Source: Candidatus Bathyarchaeia archaeon (GTDB lineage Archaea > Thermoproteota > Bathyarchaeia > Bathyarchaeales > Bathycorpusculaceae). From it: a DNA stretch of 64,000 bases. The stretch spans positions 1 through 64,000 of the forward strand of contig JBEKKK010000004.1 in NCBI GenBank assembly GCA_050010755.1, written 5' to 3'. The position numbers and the translations under genes are program-made. The notes under the pieces were generated by a model, which ran no database searches, was not told the DNA's origin, and saw only the letters and a list, made by a program, of their open reading frames with translations. Below, in pieces: positions 50,342 through 59,844 of this stretch; position 1 is the first letter of the stretch; every line of letters starts with the position of its first letter.

Positions 50342-50592
50342 TCGAACGTCACCGTTCCCAACAGTCTCAAGGCGTCAAGTAACCCCTCACAGTAAGCGAT
50401 TGAAGTAAGGCTTACCTCGAATTTCTTTCTTTCCCTGTAGTATTTAGCGTCCTCTAGGTACGCTTTGGCGAAATCCACAACGTTTCTGATGTGGGGAAGG
50501 TCGAGCGTCACTGAGGTCTCGGCAACCTTCATATGGCTGAACACGTGCTCTGCGGAGCTGATGTATTTTGATGTCAACTCGTTTAGGGTCAT
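50299..50592 (-). CDS. DUF357 family protein
   Basis: AKAYLEDAKYY, SIAYCEGLLDALR; usual neighbour of dph5. Confidence 0.88.
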   Translation of the reverse strand: MTLNELTSKYISSAEHVFSHMKVAETSVTLDLPHIRNVVDFAKAYLEDAKYYRERKKFEVSLTSIAYCEGLLDALRLLGTVTFEWPTMKTERKPRGR

Positions 50593-51389
50593 TCTGAAAC
50601 CGTCCCCAATTTTTCAGTTGCTCCTGCAAGCACCACCAAAGCTTCAGCTTCCATAAAGTGAAGTTTTCCCGGAAAAATAAGGCTGTATGGTGGCCCTCGG
50701 AAATCGTAGCTTAGCAATTCCCTTATGAATCCTGCTTTTGCAGTTGGGTCGCTACTGCCAGCCCGAGCAACTCCGACGACGAGGGTCTCCTCGGTCACCA
50801 CGCTCTTTTTCCGCTCTGATTCCACTTTAAGAAGTCCGTTGAGAGCATCACGGATGTTGAGGAAGCGCCTATTCTCAACATTTATGTCAAGTAAGCAGAG
50901 CGTGTGAAGCCCCAGCTTCTTGTTCTGCAAAATCACTTGGTACGGGGTTTCAGAGGAAGTTTCATACGGAAAAGGGATCGTGACGCTTTTGCCGAACTTG
51001 TAATTGTGTAGACCAGAAAGTCCGATTACTGCAGAAAGGGCGCTCGCACCATGAACTATTCTTGTTCGTATTCCCCGTTTTTCAGCTTCAATCCTCAATG
51101 AAACGTGTGTTGTGGCTATCATCGGATCTCCTGGAACAAGTAGTACCGTCTTGTGCTTCTCTGCAGAGTTAAGGATGACCTCCGCATTTCTGTCTTCGAG
51201 GTCTGCCCTCGACACCAGGTTGATTCTCCTGCCACAGGTCTTCTCAAACCTTACCAAAGAAAAATCGGGCAACAGACTCGTGTAGAACTCCGCGAAGACC
51301 GTGTCAGCACTTCTGATTTCATCCAATCCCCGCAAGCTGATTCCCCTGTCATCGTGAAGGCCAAGCCCAATGAACACTAATTCGCCCAT
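50589..51389 (-). CDS. dph5: Diphthine synthase
   Basis: FIGLGL, EFYTS, GDPMIATTH, YKFGKSVTIP, GLHTLCLLD, LHFME. Confidence 0.95.
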   Translation of the reverse strand: MGELVFIGLGLHDDRGISLRGLDEIRSADTVFAEFYTSLLPDFSLVRFEKTCGRRINLVSRADLEDRNAEVILNSAEKHKTVLLVPGDPMIATTHVSLRIEAEKRGIRTRIVHGASALSAVIGLSGLHNYKFGKSVTIPFPYETSSETPYQVILQNKKLGLHTLCLLDINVENRRFLNIRDALNGLLKVESERKKSVVTEETLVVGVARAGSSDPTAKAGFIRELLSYDFRGPPYSLIFPGKLHFMEAEALVVLAGATEKLGTVSE

Positions 51390-51544
51390 TACAATAAACC
51401 TCTTCACAAGCGAGAATGAAGATTGAAACTTAAAACTCTTGGTGTTAAAAAGCATGGCGTTTACAAGAAGCGGAAGCAGTTCGTTTCAGCCTTTTTCATG
51501 AAAAGCGCCAAAGTTATTTAGTCGAATATCTGAAATAAACTGAT

Positions 51545-52111
51545 GTGTCTGAGACAAAGGGGGACGACATGTTGAAAGACGTTGAATTAAGGCTCATTTC
51601 GGAACTCATGAAGAATAGTCGCAGGAGCGACAGGCAACTGGCTAAGGCTTTGGGGGTTTCGCAACCTACGGTTAGTAGATTAATCAGCAAGCTGCAGAAG
51701 GAAGGAGTTATCAAGGAATACACGGCTGTGCCGGATTTCTGCAAGCTAGGTTTCAATCTAATGGCTATCATTATGTTTAAGCTCAGACCCAGTTCTTCGG
51801 CTGAAATCAAGGAGTTGCACGGCGCAGCTCGTGAATTGGAAACCCAACGGCGTCACCCGTACCTCCTAGTTATGGATGGAATAGGGCTTGGGAAGGAGCT
51901 TGTTGCTATCTCGTTCCATAGAGACTACGGAGACTATGCCGATTATATCAGAGCTGTTAGGGAGTCGCCAAATTTCAGGAAAGCCTACGTGAATACCAAG
52001 GACATCGAAGGTTTTCTAATAGACTTAAACTACAAAGACCATTATCAACCGATAACGTTTTCAAGATTGGCCGCCCACCTTCAATTGAAAGAAAACGAGA
52101 AGAACCAATAG
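51545..52111 (+). CDS. Lrp/AsnC-type HTH transcription regulator
   Basis: ELMKNSRRSDRQLAKALGVSQPTV..L.KEGVIKEYT. Confidence 0.88.
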   Translation: MSETKGDDMLKDVELRLISELMKNSRRSDRQLAKALGVSQPTVSRLISKLQKEGVIKEYTAVPDFCKLGFNLMAIIMFKLRPSSSAEIKELHGAARELETQRRHPYLLVMDGIGLGKELVAISFHRDYGDYADYIRAVRESPNFRKAYVNTKDIEGFLIDLNYKDHYQPITFSRLAAHLQLKENEKNQ

Positions 52112-52348
52112 ACGCGGTACCAAGGGCAATTCCCGATGTACATCCCATACCGTGTTAGGGCAATTAGCTCTTCTCTCACAATTGCCTTTCCGGGAACACT
52201 GAAATAGCTCCAAGCTGATAGTGCGTCCATCAATACTAGCTAAGAGAATCGATAAGATTAAGAGTTCAAAATCGCTTGATGTTTGCCCACAAAGACATGT
52301 ACCGGAGATATGATAACACTGTACAACGAAGACGAGGAATGAAGGAAA

Positions 52349-52645
52349 GTGTCAAACTTATTGTCGCGCTTTGCCAAAAAGGTGAAGTTCTGGCTCTTTG
52401 AAGAAAGGGACGATATTTACGCAGAGAATCTAAAGCGCAGGAAACAGCTCCATAACGCCCATTTGATTCAAGTCTTCATTGTTCTGATTGGCATAGGGAC
52501 AATGGCTTTGATCCCGCTGGTGCTTTGGTTCATTACCAAAGGTTTTGTCTTTGTCTATCTTATCTTCACCGCAGTTGCGGGAATCCTCTATCTCTCGATT
52601 GACTCGTACGTCAAACACGTGAATAAACAATACGAATTAAACTAG
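52349..52645 (+). CDS. Small two-TM hypothetical protein
   Basis: 98 aa with two hydrophobic helices. Confidence 0.55.
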   Translation: MSNLLSRFAKKVKFWLFEERDDIYAENLKRRKQLHNAHLIQVFIVLIGIGTMALIPLVLWFITKGFVFVYLIFTAVAGILYLSIDSYVKHVNKQYELN

Positions 52646-53067
52646 AAACAAGAAACAGCCAGAAGCTGTTGCTCTTCTTTATTTCTGTTCTCACCTTTCC
52701 AAGGCGAACAAACTGTCTAAACCATTTACGGCAAGTTGGCCAACCTTCGCGCGTAGACCCAAAAAAGAAGTGATCAAAAAACTTGCCGCCCAGTCATAAC
52801 CGGAAAATGTAAGAAGAAATGTGGAACGAACCAAGCGCGAAAAAATCCGCCCTTGACGCGCGCCATAGTTTGGCCGGCCAAAAGCCGAAAACGTTAAGAA
52901 ACTTTACCAAAGCAAAAATCCGGCAGAAAAGCAGCAGAAGAGGAGTCTAAACTTGTCAAGAATCAACCCCCAGCATACGTCTTCATATATGGACTAGGTG
53001 CTAGCGCAAGAGATAAAAACAAGCTAAAGTTTTGTTACCGAGGGTTCTTTTCTGAAAGAAACCTTGT

Positions 53068-53142
53068 GGGCGGGTAGATCAGCCTGGCATGATCGCCACG
53101 TTGGCATCGTGGAGGTCCCGGGTTCAAATCCCGGCCCGTCCA
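53068..53142 (+). tRNA. tRNA-Ala(GGC)
   Basis: Acceptor GGGCGGG/CCCGTCC with G3:U70, anticodon arm CCACG-TTGGCAT-CGTGG, T-loop TTCAAAT. Confidence 0.95.
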
Positions 53143-53317
53143 CAAAGATTCTTCTTAAAAATCCTTACTAAGTTCTTTTCTTACTCTATTTATGAATATC
53201 ACTGAAAGAAACGTCTGAGAGTCAGAGGAAAGAGTATTTTGGAATACTATTTATTTTCCTCACAATTGTGTGCGAGGAGCGACGACAAAGACCGCATAAA
53301 AACAGCGCGTTCTGAGT

Positions 53318-53896
53318 TCATTTTCTGTAATTTTCAGTTACTTCTAATATTCCTCTCTTGCCAACAGCGAAGACCAAGTTCACGTCTTTGTTCCATTCTT
53401 TTGCGTACATCCATGGTTGGTTTATTCTTCTCTCAGTGGGGTCTACATGTACCCATATTCGGTCGAGCTGAACTTCGTTCCAAACGTGATCGCCTGCCGC
53501 TGCCGTTGACTTGTCATTAAGAGCGGAGCAATCGATGATTAATCGGCAAGTAAACGCGTTTGCTAGAAGCAAGCCGTTATAGAGGAGCGCGAACTCTCCG
53601 CACCTTCCCTTGGATTGTTTGATGATATCCATCGGCATCTCTGCTCTCTGCTTAGGCAGCTCTCCTCTTGTGTATTCGAGATGGCGATGCTCCCAATTCA
53701 GAGAAGACTTCCAATCCAAATCTTCGAGGGGGTCTTTCAGAACAGTCCTAGCGAACTGCTTCAAATTCTTCAAATATTCAGGTTTTGCCATTTTATGATA
53801 GCGTTCTCTGTAGACGTTGACCACCTTTGGATAGCCGCGTTCTCGAGTCCTAGACATATTTACCGTTCTGACAACACAGAGATTCCTTTTCAGCAT
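53318..53896 (-). CDS. Transglutaminase-fold protein resembling the peptide:N-glycanase catalytic core
   Basis: Cys-His-Asp triad in GRCGEF, DHVWNEV, WVHVDP, followed by QPWMY..WNK..VFAVGKRGILEVTENY; true start may be internal. Confidence 0.8.
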   Translation of the reverse strand: MLKRNLCVVRTVNMSRTRERGYPKVVNVYRERYHKMAKPEYLKNLKQFARTVLKDPLEDLDWKSSLNWEHRHLEYTRGELPKQRAEMPMDIIKQSKGRCGEFALLYNGLLLANAFTCRLIIDCSALNDKSTAAAGDHVWNEVQLDRIWVHVDPTERRINQPWMYAKEWNKDVNLVFAVGKRGILEVTENYRK

Positions 53897-53974
53897 TGCT
53901 CATCTGAAATATGAACTTGAGGTCTCTCAACCATCATGCTTTCAAGATATGGGGCTTAGCTGGACCTTGAAAAA

Positions 53975-55603
53975 TCATTTGCATTCTGTGTCCAGTGCCC
54001 AGCTGAACTTCTTCCTCAGCGTCTTTGGGTAGAGCTTGCCCACTGGAAAGTTCATTCTGCAGGCCCATTTCACGTATACCATTGGGTCGATGTATGACTT
54101 TAGTGAAGTTCCCAAATTATACTCTTGTGTTTCCTTGGTTAATACCACGTCAAGCTTCGCTTTTTCCAAGGTTCTGATTGAAGCTTCGGTTTTCTTTCCC
54201 TCTCTCTCTTTTTCCTTCAGTTTCATTTCGAGCTCCGCCACCCTCGCTTCCTTCTTCTTTAGCCTTTCATCGAAGTTAGGCGGTATCTTCCGCTTGTGAT
54301 TGGCAACCTTTGCGGCTTCCAGATTTGCCTTCTTGGCGCAAAATTGTTTTTGGTAGTCAGCGTCCTCCTTCTTGACCCTGCATTCTTCTAGGCTTTTGCG
54401 AACGGTTTGTGTGCACCTCCAGGTTCTGAACACCTTGGCCGTCAACCCTTCCATCTTCTGAGAGAGAAATCTGGACACTTTCCTGGAGTTTATTCCCTCG
54501 AATAGGTATTCGCTGTTCTGCTTCGAGAATTCCCGAATGTTCCTAATGACCAGCGCAGGAGCTTCAATTTTCTTTTCCCATCTCACACAGTCTTTCCCCA
54601 AAAAGTCAAATTTGAGCATGTCGCCCTCCACCTTGATGTGCTCAGGCCTCAATGTTACGGCCCCAACCGTGTCCGCTTCTCCTGGATCCTTTTCGTCTCC
54701 AACCCTTATGTTGACTTTGAGAATGAGCCAGCACACGGTTGCTATTTTTCTTCTCTCCAAGTCTTCGGAGTCCAGGCGCTTCATTATGTGTTCTTCTACT
54801 TTCGGAATCTCTTTGTCAAGTTTCTCCGCTTTCTTGAACTTTTCTTTCTCCATCTTCTGTTTCAGAAAAGCAGAATCCGAGAACCACACGTACTTCATCT
54901 TTCCGGTCAGCTTGTCCTCCCATTTGGCGATGTACATCTTCTCTGGTTCCCAAACTAGCTCCTTCCATCTTCCGTCTGGTCTATTGTTCTTGATGGAGAG
55001 GTTGAGTATGATATCTTCTTCTCTTGGACCTTGTTTCCATTTTCCTCTTCGGGGGTGGTCTCCTCTTCCCGCAAAAATGCATGAGGGCTCAGCCGTCCAG
55101 TTTGCGATCTCCAACTTTCTTTCATCAACTGTTGCGTAGCCGAACCTTTCCCTCAAACTCTCCCTTCGCACTTTTCTCTCTGCAGCTAGCTTTTTCTTCT
55201 CTTCCTTTGTCAAGCTCAGCTTCTTCTGTTGCTCTCTAACCACATAATCTGTGACTATTGAGAAATCGACTTCAGGATCATCCTTAAGTCTTCCATTAAT
55301 CATCCATTCTTCGTCTTTCCTTTCTAGGACTTTAACGTGGTTTATCGTGAACTCTTCTAGAGAACTATTGGAAGGGTTTTCCGCGGTCAGTTTTTTTAGA
55401 AAATCTTCGCCGAAGTTTCTGTAGAAAAGCTTGTCCGGGGGAGAGGTGAGTGAGAGTTTTTTTCTAGCCCAAGCAATGGCCATCTGTTCAGTCTCAGGGC
55501 TGAGCTTCAGAGTTTGCCCATGCACTTTGACTGAAAGCCCTTGATACTCATAGGTTGGAACGTAAATTCCATTGTGCTTGAGACTTTTCATGCGGTACTT
55601 CAT
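53975..55603 (-). CDS. DNA topoisomerase IB
   Basis: LKHNG, EPSCIFAGRGDHPRRGKWK, IRVGDEK, ADTVG, FDFLGKD, AKVFRT, ANHKR, LGTSLKSYIDP (catalytic Tyr). Confidence 0.95.
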   Translation of the reverse strand: MKYRMKSLKHNGIYVPTYEYQGLSVKVHGQTLKLSPETEQMAIAWARKKLSLTSPPDKLFYRNFGEDFLKKLTAENPSNSSLEEFTINHVKVLERKDEEWMINGRLKDDPEVDFSIVTDYVVREQQKKLSLTKEEKKKLAAERKVRRESLRERFGYATVDERKLEIANWTAEPSCIFAGRGDHPRRGKWKQGPREEDIILNLSIKNNRPDGRWKELVWEPEKMYIAKWEDKLTGKMKYVWFSDSAFLKQKMEKEKFKKAEKLDKEIPKVEEHIMKRLDSEDLERRKIATVCWLILKVNIRVGDEKDPGEADTVGAVTLRPEHIKVEGDMLKFDFLGKDCVRWEKKIEAPALVIRNIREFSKQNSEYLFEGINSRKVSRFLSQKMEGLTAKVFRTWRCTQTVRKSLEECRVKKEDADYQKQFCAKKANLEAAKVANHKRKIPPNFDERLKKKEARVAELEMKLKEKEREGKKTEASIRTLEKAKLDVVLTKETQEYNLGTSLKSYIDPMVYVKWACRMNFPVGKLYPKTLRKKFSWALDTECK

Positions 55604-55610
55604 TTGACTT

Positions 55611-56018
55611 TCAACGCTCGCTAAAGGCTTGCTTTCTGGATGCCCGTTGTTTCTTAAATGTTCTGTGCAGGCTTTCAACTATTTCGTGGTCTATGTACCC
55701 CTTGTGCGGGCGGAACCCACCGGTGAAACCATTGGGAATGTGAAGCAGTTCGTGAATGATTGCCTTTTCCCTGTCCTCGACGCTCAACTTGTCGTACCGC
55801 TCAGATATTACTTCTATCACGTAGGAGGGCGGATGGTTAAGTGTCTCTTGCCATATTCTGCCATATCCATGAATTCGAGCAATGGTGCGTCTGGACTCGG
55901 ATCCTCTACTCCTGACGCAGAACACGAACTGCTGGACGACGTGGAAAAAGTCCAAGCTGTCTGCAATTTCGTCCGCAAGTTTCTTAACGTCTGGGGCCTC
56001 TGAATACTCAATTGGCAC
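55611..56018 (-). CDS. Small HEXXH metallopeptidase
   Basis: RSRGS..TIARIHG, YVIEVISE, IIHELLHIP, RPH. Confidence 0.85.
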   Translation of the reverse strand: MPIEYSEAPDVKKLADEIADSLDFFHVVQQFVFCVRSRGSESRRTIARIHGYGRIWQETLNHPPSYVIEVISERYDKLSVEDREKAIIHELLHIPNGFTGGFRPHKGYIDHEIVESLHRTFKKQRASRKQAFSER

Positions 56019-56062
56019 AGTAATCGCCTAATCCATAGGTCATTCGTTCGTCGCTTGGACAT

Positions 56063-56599
56063 TCAGGTATTTCTGGCTCTTGCAATAGCGAGAAAGATTG
56101 CCCTAGCAATTAAGGAAATGCCGATGAACATTATTGCCGCAGCCCAAAACTGAAACCATTTCGTAACGTCGATCGAGGACGTTTGCGTAGGTGCAACAAG
56201 AAACGTTTGAATCAAATACGTTGCACCCAGCCAAAACACGATGTCACCGACGTTCTCAGCCTTTCTGCGCAAAGGTGAATCCAATAGGAATCTTGCTCCC
56301 AGCATCGCGATGAGAAAAACTCCCCACACTAAGCTGAACTCTCGTGCAGCCAAATACACGTCTAAATGGTCCCCAAGATGTTCGGGTGCAGGAAGGTATA
56401 CGTTTGTGCTGCCAACCTGAACTACATGGAAATGACTGAGAAACGTGCTCACCTTGTCGAGAAGGTTGGGTGTCGTTATGAACAATGTGCCCACAAGAAT
56501 TAGAAAAAACCCTACGGAAACAGCGCTGAGTAGTCCTTCGTAATGTCTATGCATATAGTCTCTAGAATCTTGATGCAATTTACCTGCCTCTGTCCACAA
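56063..56599 (-). CDS. Hypothetical four-TM membrane protein
   Basis: Four hydrophobic segments. Confidence 0.7.
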   Translation of the reverse strand: MWTEAGKLHQDSRDYMHRHYEGLLSAVSVGFFLILVGTLFITTPNLLDKVSTFLSHFHVVQVGSTNVYLPAPEHLGDHLDVYLAAREFSLVWGVFLIAMLGARFLLDSPLRRKAENVGDIVFWLGATYLIQTFLVAPTQTSSIDVTKWFQFWAAAIMFIGISLIARAIFLAIARARNT

Positions 56600-56701
56600 T
56601 GTTCTTTATGATTCTATATAACATTTTTCAGCCTTCTTTGAGTAGAAATGTTTTAAATACTCAAAATCAAGATAACTGCAGATGCATCCAAGGGGAAGAG
56701 T

Positions 56702-57091
56702 ATGTCGTATTGTCCAAAGTGTGGCAGCAAAGTAGAGGAAGGGATGAGCTTCTGCCCAAAATGTGGAGCTCCGCTTAACGTCGAAAACGTCTCTAGTGTC
56801 CCTCCTGCGCCCGCACCAACATACCGCCGAGACGAAAAGACAGAAGAGAAATCTGAGAAACATGAGAAACGAGAGAAGAACGAGAAGTACGAGAAGCATG
56901 AGTACGGCTTCATGGGTCCGCTCATAGGCGGTGTGATTTTACTTTTCATTGGTGCCGCTTTGTATCTAAATTCCATAAATTATAATGTCGCAGTGCTGTG
57001 GGCCCTGTTCTTTGTCTTGATCGGAGTACTCATAGTCGTCGCTAGCATCTACGGTGTAATAATGGCCAGTCGCAGGCATCCGAGAACCTAG
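56702..57091 (+). CDS. Zinc-ribbon membrane protein with EKx repeat tract
   Basis: CPKCG..FCPKCG, EKSEKHEKREKNEKYEKHE, two C-terminal TMs. Confidence 0.8.
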   Translation: MSYCPKCGSKVEEGMSFCPKCGAPLNVENVSSVPPAPAPTYRRDEKTEEKSEKHEKREKNEKYEKHEYGFMGPLIGGVILLFIGAALYLNSINYNVAVLWALFFVLIGVLIVVASIYGVIMASRRHPRT

Positions 57092-58230
57092 GTGAACCCC
57101 CCGAAAAGCAACCGATATAGTCGATGTTCCAAGACGGTCCATGTTTTGTCTCTGCCAAAAACGCGGAAGTAGTTTTTGCCAGCGGATTCCACCAGATCGC
57201 CGATTCGGTATCTCGGAAGAATACACGAAGACACGACCAAACGTCCCCACTCGCCGCGGTTGAGTTCATGTAGCATTTTCGTGCCTTTGCCAGTTTCGAC
57301 TTCGAGAAAGTAGGTGTCATAATTTGGCGTAACGTATGGCAACTCGTCCAGCTGCTGTGCAAAAACGCCTTCGGTTGCGCTGTAGATTTCAACGACAGGA
57401 ACCTGTCCGAAGTATTTCTTTAGCACGGGCGCATATTTGAACTGGATTTTCCGCACGCTTGTACAAAAAAGAGCCCGCAGATTCCACAGTTCCTTGGGTT
57501 TCTTCCCATGTTTTTTGTTAACATATCTCGCGAAAGAAAGAATTACTGGAGTGACTCCTATGGCGGCAGTCACGTTCACGCTGAGTGCTTGTTGATACGT
57601 AAGTTCGAACCTTTTTTCCCAGTCTTGCCTCTTGATTCCTGTGCCCAGAGCGTCAATGTCTTCTTGACGAGGAATAAGACTTACGGAGTCAAGCGCGGGG
57701 TTGAGTCTGGCATAGGTGCCTGAGCTGTATCCGTAGCTCATCATACTTCCGTCAACGATCATAGTGTGAACGTTGGAAGGAAAGTTGAGGTTCAGAATTC
57801 TTCCATCAAGAAGTTCAAAATCATTGGTTCGCAACACGTGATTGACGAGTCCTCTTGCTCCGCAAGTGAAGATTTGTTCCAGATGCGTCTTTGTGGCAGG
57901 CAACACTTTTGCAGGGCCTGTTGAACCTCTCGTCATGACCCAGCATGCTAATGGCTCGGGAAGAATCGCGCTATAATTGCCCTTCTTGATCTCAGCCAAG
58001 AGCGGCCGAAGCCTCAGGTATTCCAAGGCTGGGAAATTCTTCCTGTAATCCTCGATTTCCAACGTTTCGGATGCGCCGTGGCTTTCTCCGTAACCAGTCT
58101 TTTGATATTCCCTCAACAGCCTAGACAGGACTTCTCTTTGAGCCTCCTGAGGATTCTTCAAAGACGCGTACCATGGGCCAATAATTGGCTTGAAAATGCC
58201 GAGGCTGCCCTTCTTTCTGGTAGATAGCAT
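57088..58230 (-). CDS. GH3-family acyl-acid amido synthetase-like protein
   Basis: NPQEAQREVL, TRGSTGPAKVLP, EIYSATEG, RYRIGDLV, GR. Confidence 0.8.
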   Translation of the reverse strand: MLSTRKKGSLGIFKPIIGPWYASLKNPQEAQREVLSRLLREYQKTGYGESHGASETLEIEDYRKNFPALEYLRLRPLLAEIKKGNYSAILPEPLACWVMTRGSTGPAKVLPATKTHLEQIFTCGARGLVNHVLRTNDFELLDGRILNLNFPSNVHTMIVDGSMMSYGYSSGTYARLNPALDSVSLIPRQEDIDALGTGIKRQDWEKRFELTYQQALSVNVTAAIGVTPVILSFARYVNKKHGKKPKELWNLRALFCTSVRKIQFKYAPVLKKYFGQVPVVEIYSATEGVFAQQLDELPYVTPNYDTYFLEVETGKGTKMLHELNRGEWGRLVVSSCILPRYRIGDLVESAGKNYFRVFGRDKTWTVLEHRLYRLLFGGFT

Positions 58231-58356
58231 TATCGCTCAAGCGACATTCTGGTTGCTCGACTTATTAGTTCTTTTGACCGGATAAAAATGGATGTTGAGC
58301 TGCATACCGATTGAGAACAGAATAGTTGGAATCCAAGGGTGCGCTCCATATAGTAG

Positions 58357-58429
58357 TAGCCCGGGAGAGATTCGAACTCTCGTCAGCGGCTCCAGAGGCC
58401 GCCATGTTTGACCACTGCACCACCGGGCT
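58357..58429 (-). tRNA. tRNA-Gln(CTG)
   Basis: AGCCCGG/CCGGGCT acceptor, GCGGC-CTCTGGA-GCCGC anticodon arm, GAGAG-TTCGAAT-CTCTC. Confidence 0.95.
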
Positions 58430-58499
58430 CTGTTCAATGAAATAGAGACTGGTCTTTCTTTATAATAACTTTAACGTTGGGAGTCGAAGGAATGACCCG

Positions 58500-58706
58500 T
58501 TATTTTCTTTTCATTGTCGCATCGCTGATGCAGTTGCATTCTTGAGCACTCGGGTAGTAGTCTTCGCAGCATGAGAGTGTCTGAACTATTGGATCTTTGT
58601 TCTTCAAGAATCGTCTCGTGCAGAATATTTGATCTGGATAGTTGTAGGCGTTATGACTAGTGCAGTTTCCGCAGACCTTACGCTTGTTCGAAGCTTTATT
58701 GTTCAT
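58500..58706 (-). CDS. Small Cys-rich protein
   Basis: CGNC, FC, CC, CNC; overlaps the end of the DHS gene. Confidence 0.6.
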   Translation of the reverse strand: MNNKASNKRKVCGNCTSHNAYNYPDQIFCTRRFLKNKDPIVQTLSCCEDYYPSAQECNCISDATMKRK

Positions 58707-59727
58707 TCAGATCCTCCTGTTTGAACATTTCATTTCTTGCCCTTGGCGGTCTCTTGAAACCTTCACCGAGCCGTTCAATCACAGAGGCTACCATCGTGGG
58801 AAAAACCATCATGGCTTCGCCTATCACCATGGTCTTGTCTGATTCGCTCTTCAGTTTTCCCCAGCTTACCGTTTCTTCGAGTGTGGATCCGGACAGTCCT
58901 CCGGTTTCTGGTCGATCCATGGTTATCACGACGGCATAATCGATGCCTGATTTTGTTGCAAGTGCAGCGGATTGTATGGTGTTCCTCGGAACTCCGCCTC
59001 CTATAATCACCATGCCGTTTCTTGGAGATTTCTTGCACACATTGATTATCTCGGGCACATCTTTGAAAGCGTCGACCATTATCGTGTTCTTGAAGTGTTT
59101 CCGGGTGGCGTGAAGGTTATAGATATAGCCAAATTCGGAATCGCGCACGGCTGGGATGAAGATTGGCGCTTTGGCTTCGTACGCAGCGCGCAAAATTGAA
59201 TTCGGGTCTTTGAGTCTTCTGCCTAGTTCCCAAGCGAACTCTCTTGAGGACAAACTTTTTCCTCCGTATTCGGCCGCAATGGCGTCGTACATTTCCACGA
59301 GGTTCATGTCCAGCCTTATGAAGTCCTCCTCGGGCACGAAAACGTCGTAAATTCGGTAAGTGTGGTTCCTGTAGAGCAAATAGTCGTCAACGTTCCAATG
59401 ACCCTTATAATGATGACCACCCAACGCCTCAACCGTATCGTGAACCATGTTCGCGCCAGTTGTCACCAACACGTCGATGAGGTTTTCCCGTATCATATCC
59501 GCAATCAATGTTCGCATCCCAGCAGGGACTACAGCCCCAGCCAAGCCCAAAAAAACCGTGCATTTCTTGTCACGCACCATCCGCTCATAAATGTCACACG
59601 CAGCAGCGAGTCTTCCGGCCCCGAATGATCCTGAATTCTTGAACTGCTTGACAAGCTGGTCAACGGTGAGCGTCCCATTAATTTTCACGTGCTTCACTGG
59701 TTCTCGGAGTATCTCCTTCCTCTGCAT
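58696..59727 (-). CDS. dys: Deoxyhypusine synthase
   Basis: LVTTGANMVHD, RIYDV, PAVRDS, GGGVPRN, GGLSGSTLEETVSWGK. Confidence 0.93.
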   Translation of the reverse strand: MQRKEILREPVKHVKINGTLTVDQLVKQFKNSGSFGAGRLAAACDIYERMVRDKKCTVFLGLAGAVVPAGMRTLIADMIRENLIDVLVTTGANMVHDTVEALGGHHYKGHWNVDDYLLYRNHTYRIYDVFVPEEDFIRLDMNLVEMYDAIAAEYGGKSLSSREFAWELGRRLKDPNSILRAAYEAKAPIFIPAVRDSEFGYIYNLHATRKHFKNTIMVDAFKDVPEIINVCKKSPRNGMVIIGGGVPRNTIQSAALATKSGIDYAVVITMDRPETGGLSGSTLEETVSWGKLKSESDKTMVIGEAMMVFPTMVASVIERLGEGFKRPPRARNEMFKQEDLNEQ

Positions 59728-59844
59728 CAGAATACACGCTCAGAAACCAACTGTTTAGTCGATTAAGCACAAATATCTTTCCGTACTTTTTCCGAAACTA
59801 GAAGGTCAGGTTATTAAACTTCTGATCTTTTGCAATTCGAGTTT

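Noticed and set aside
52646-53060. A-rich 400-bp gap before tRNA-Ala as a possible ncRNA or att-bounded element
   Set aside because: No recognisable RNA family structure and no duplicated tRNA end found
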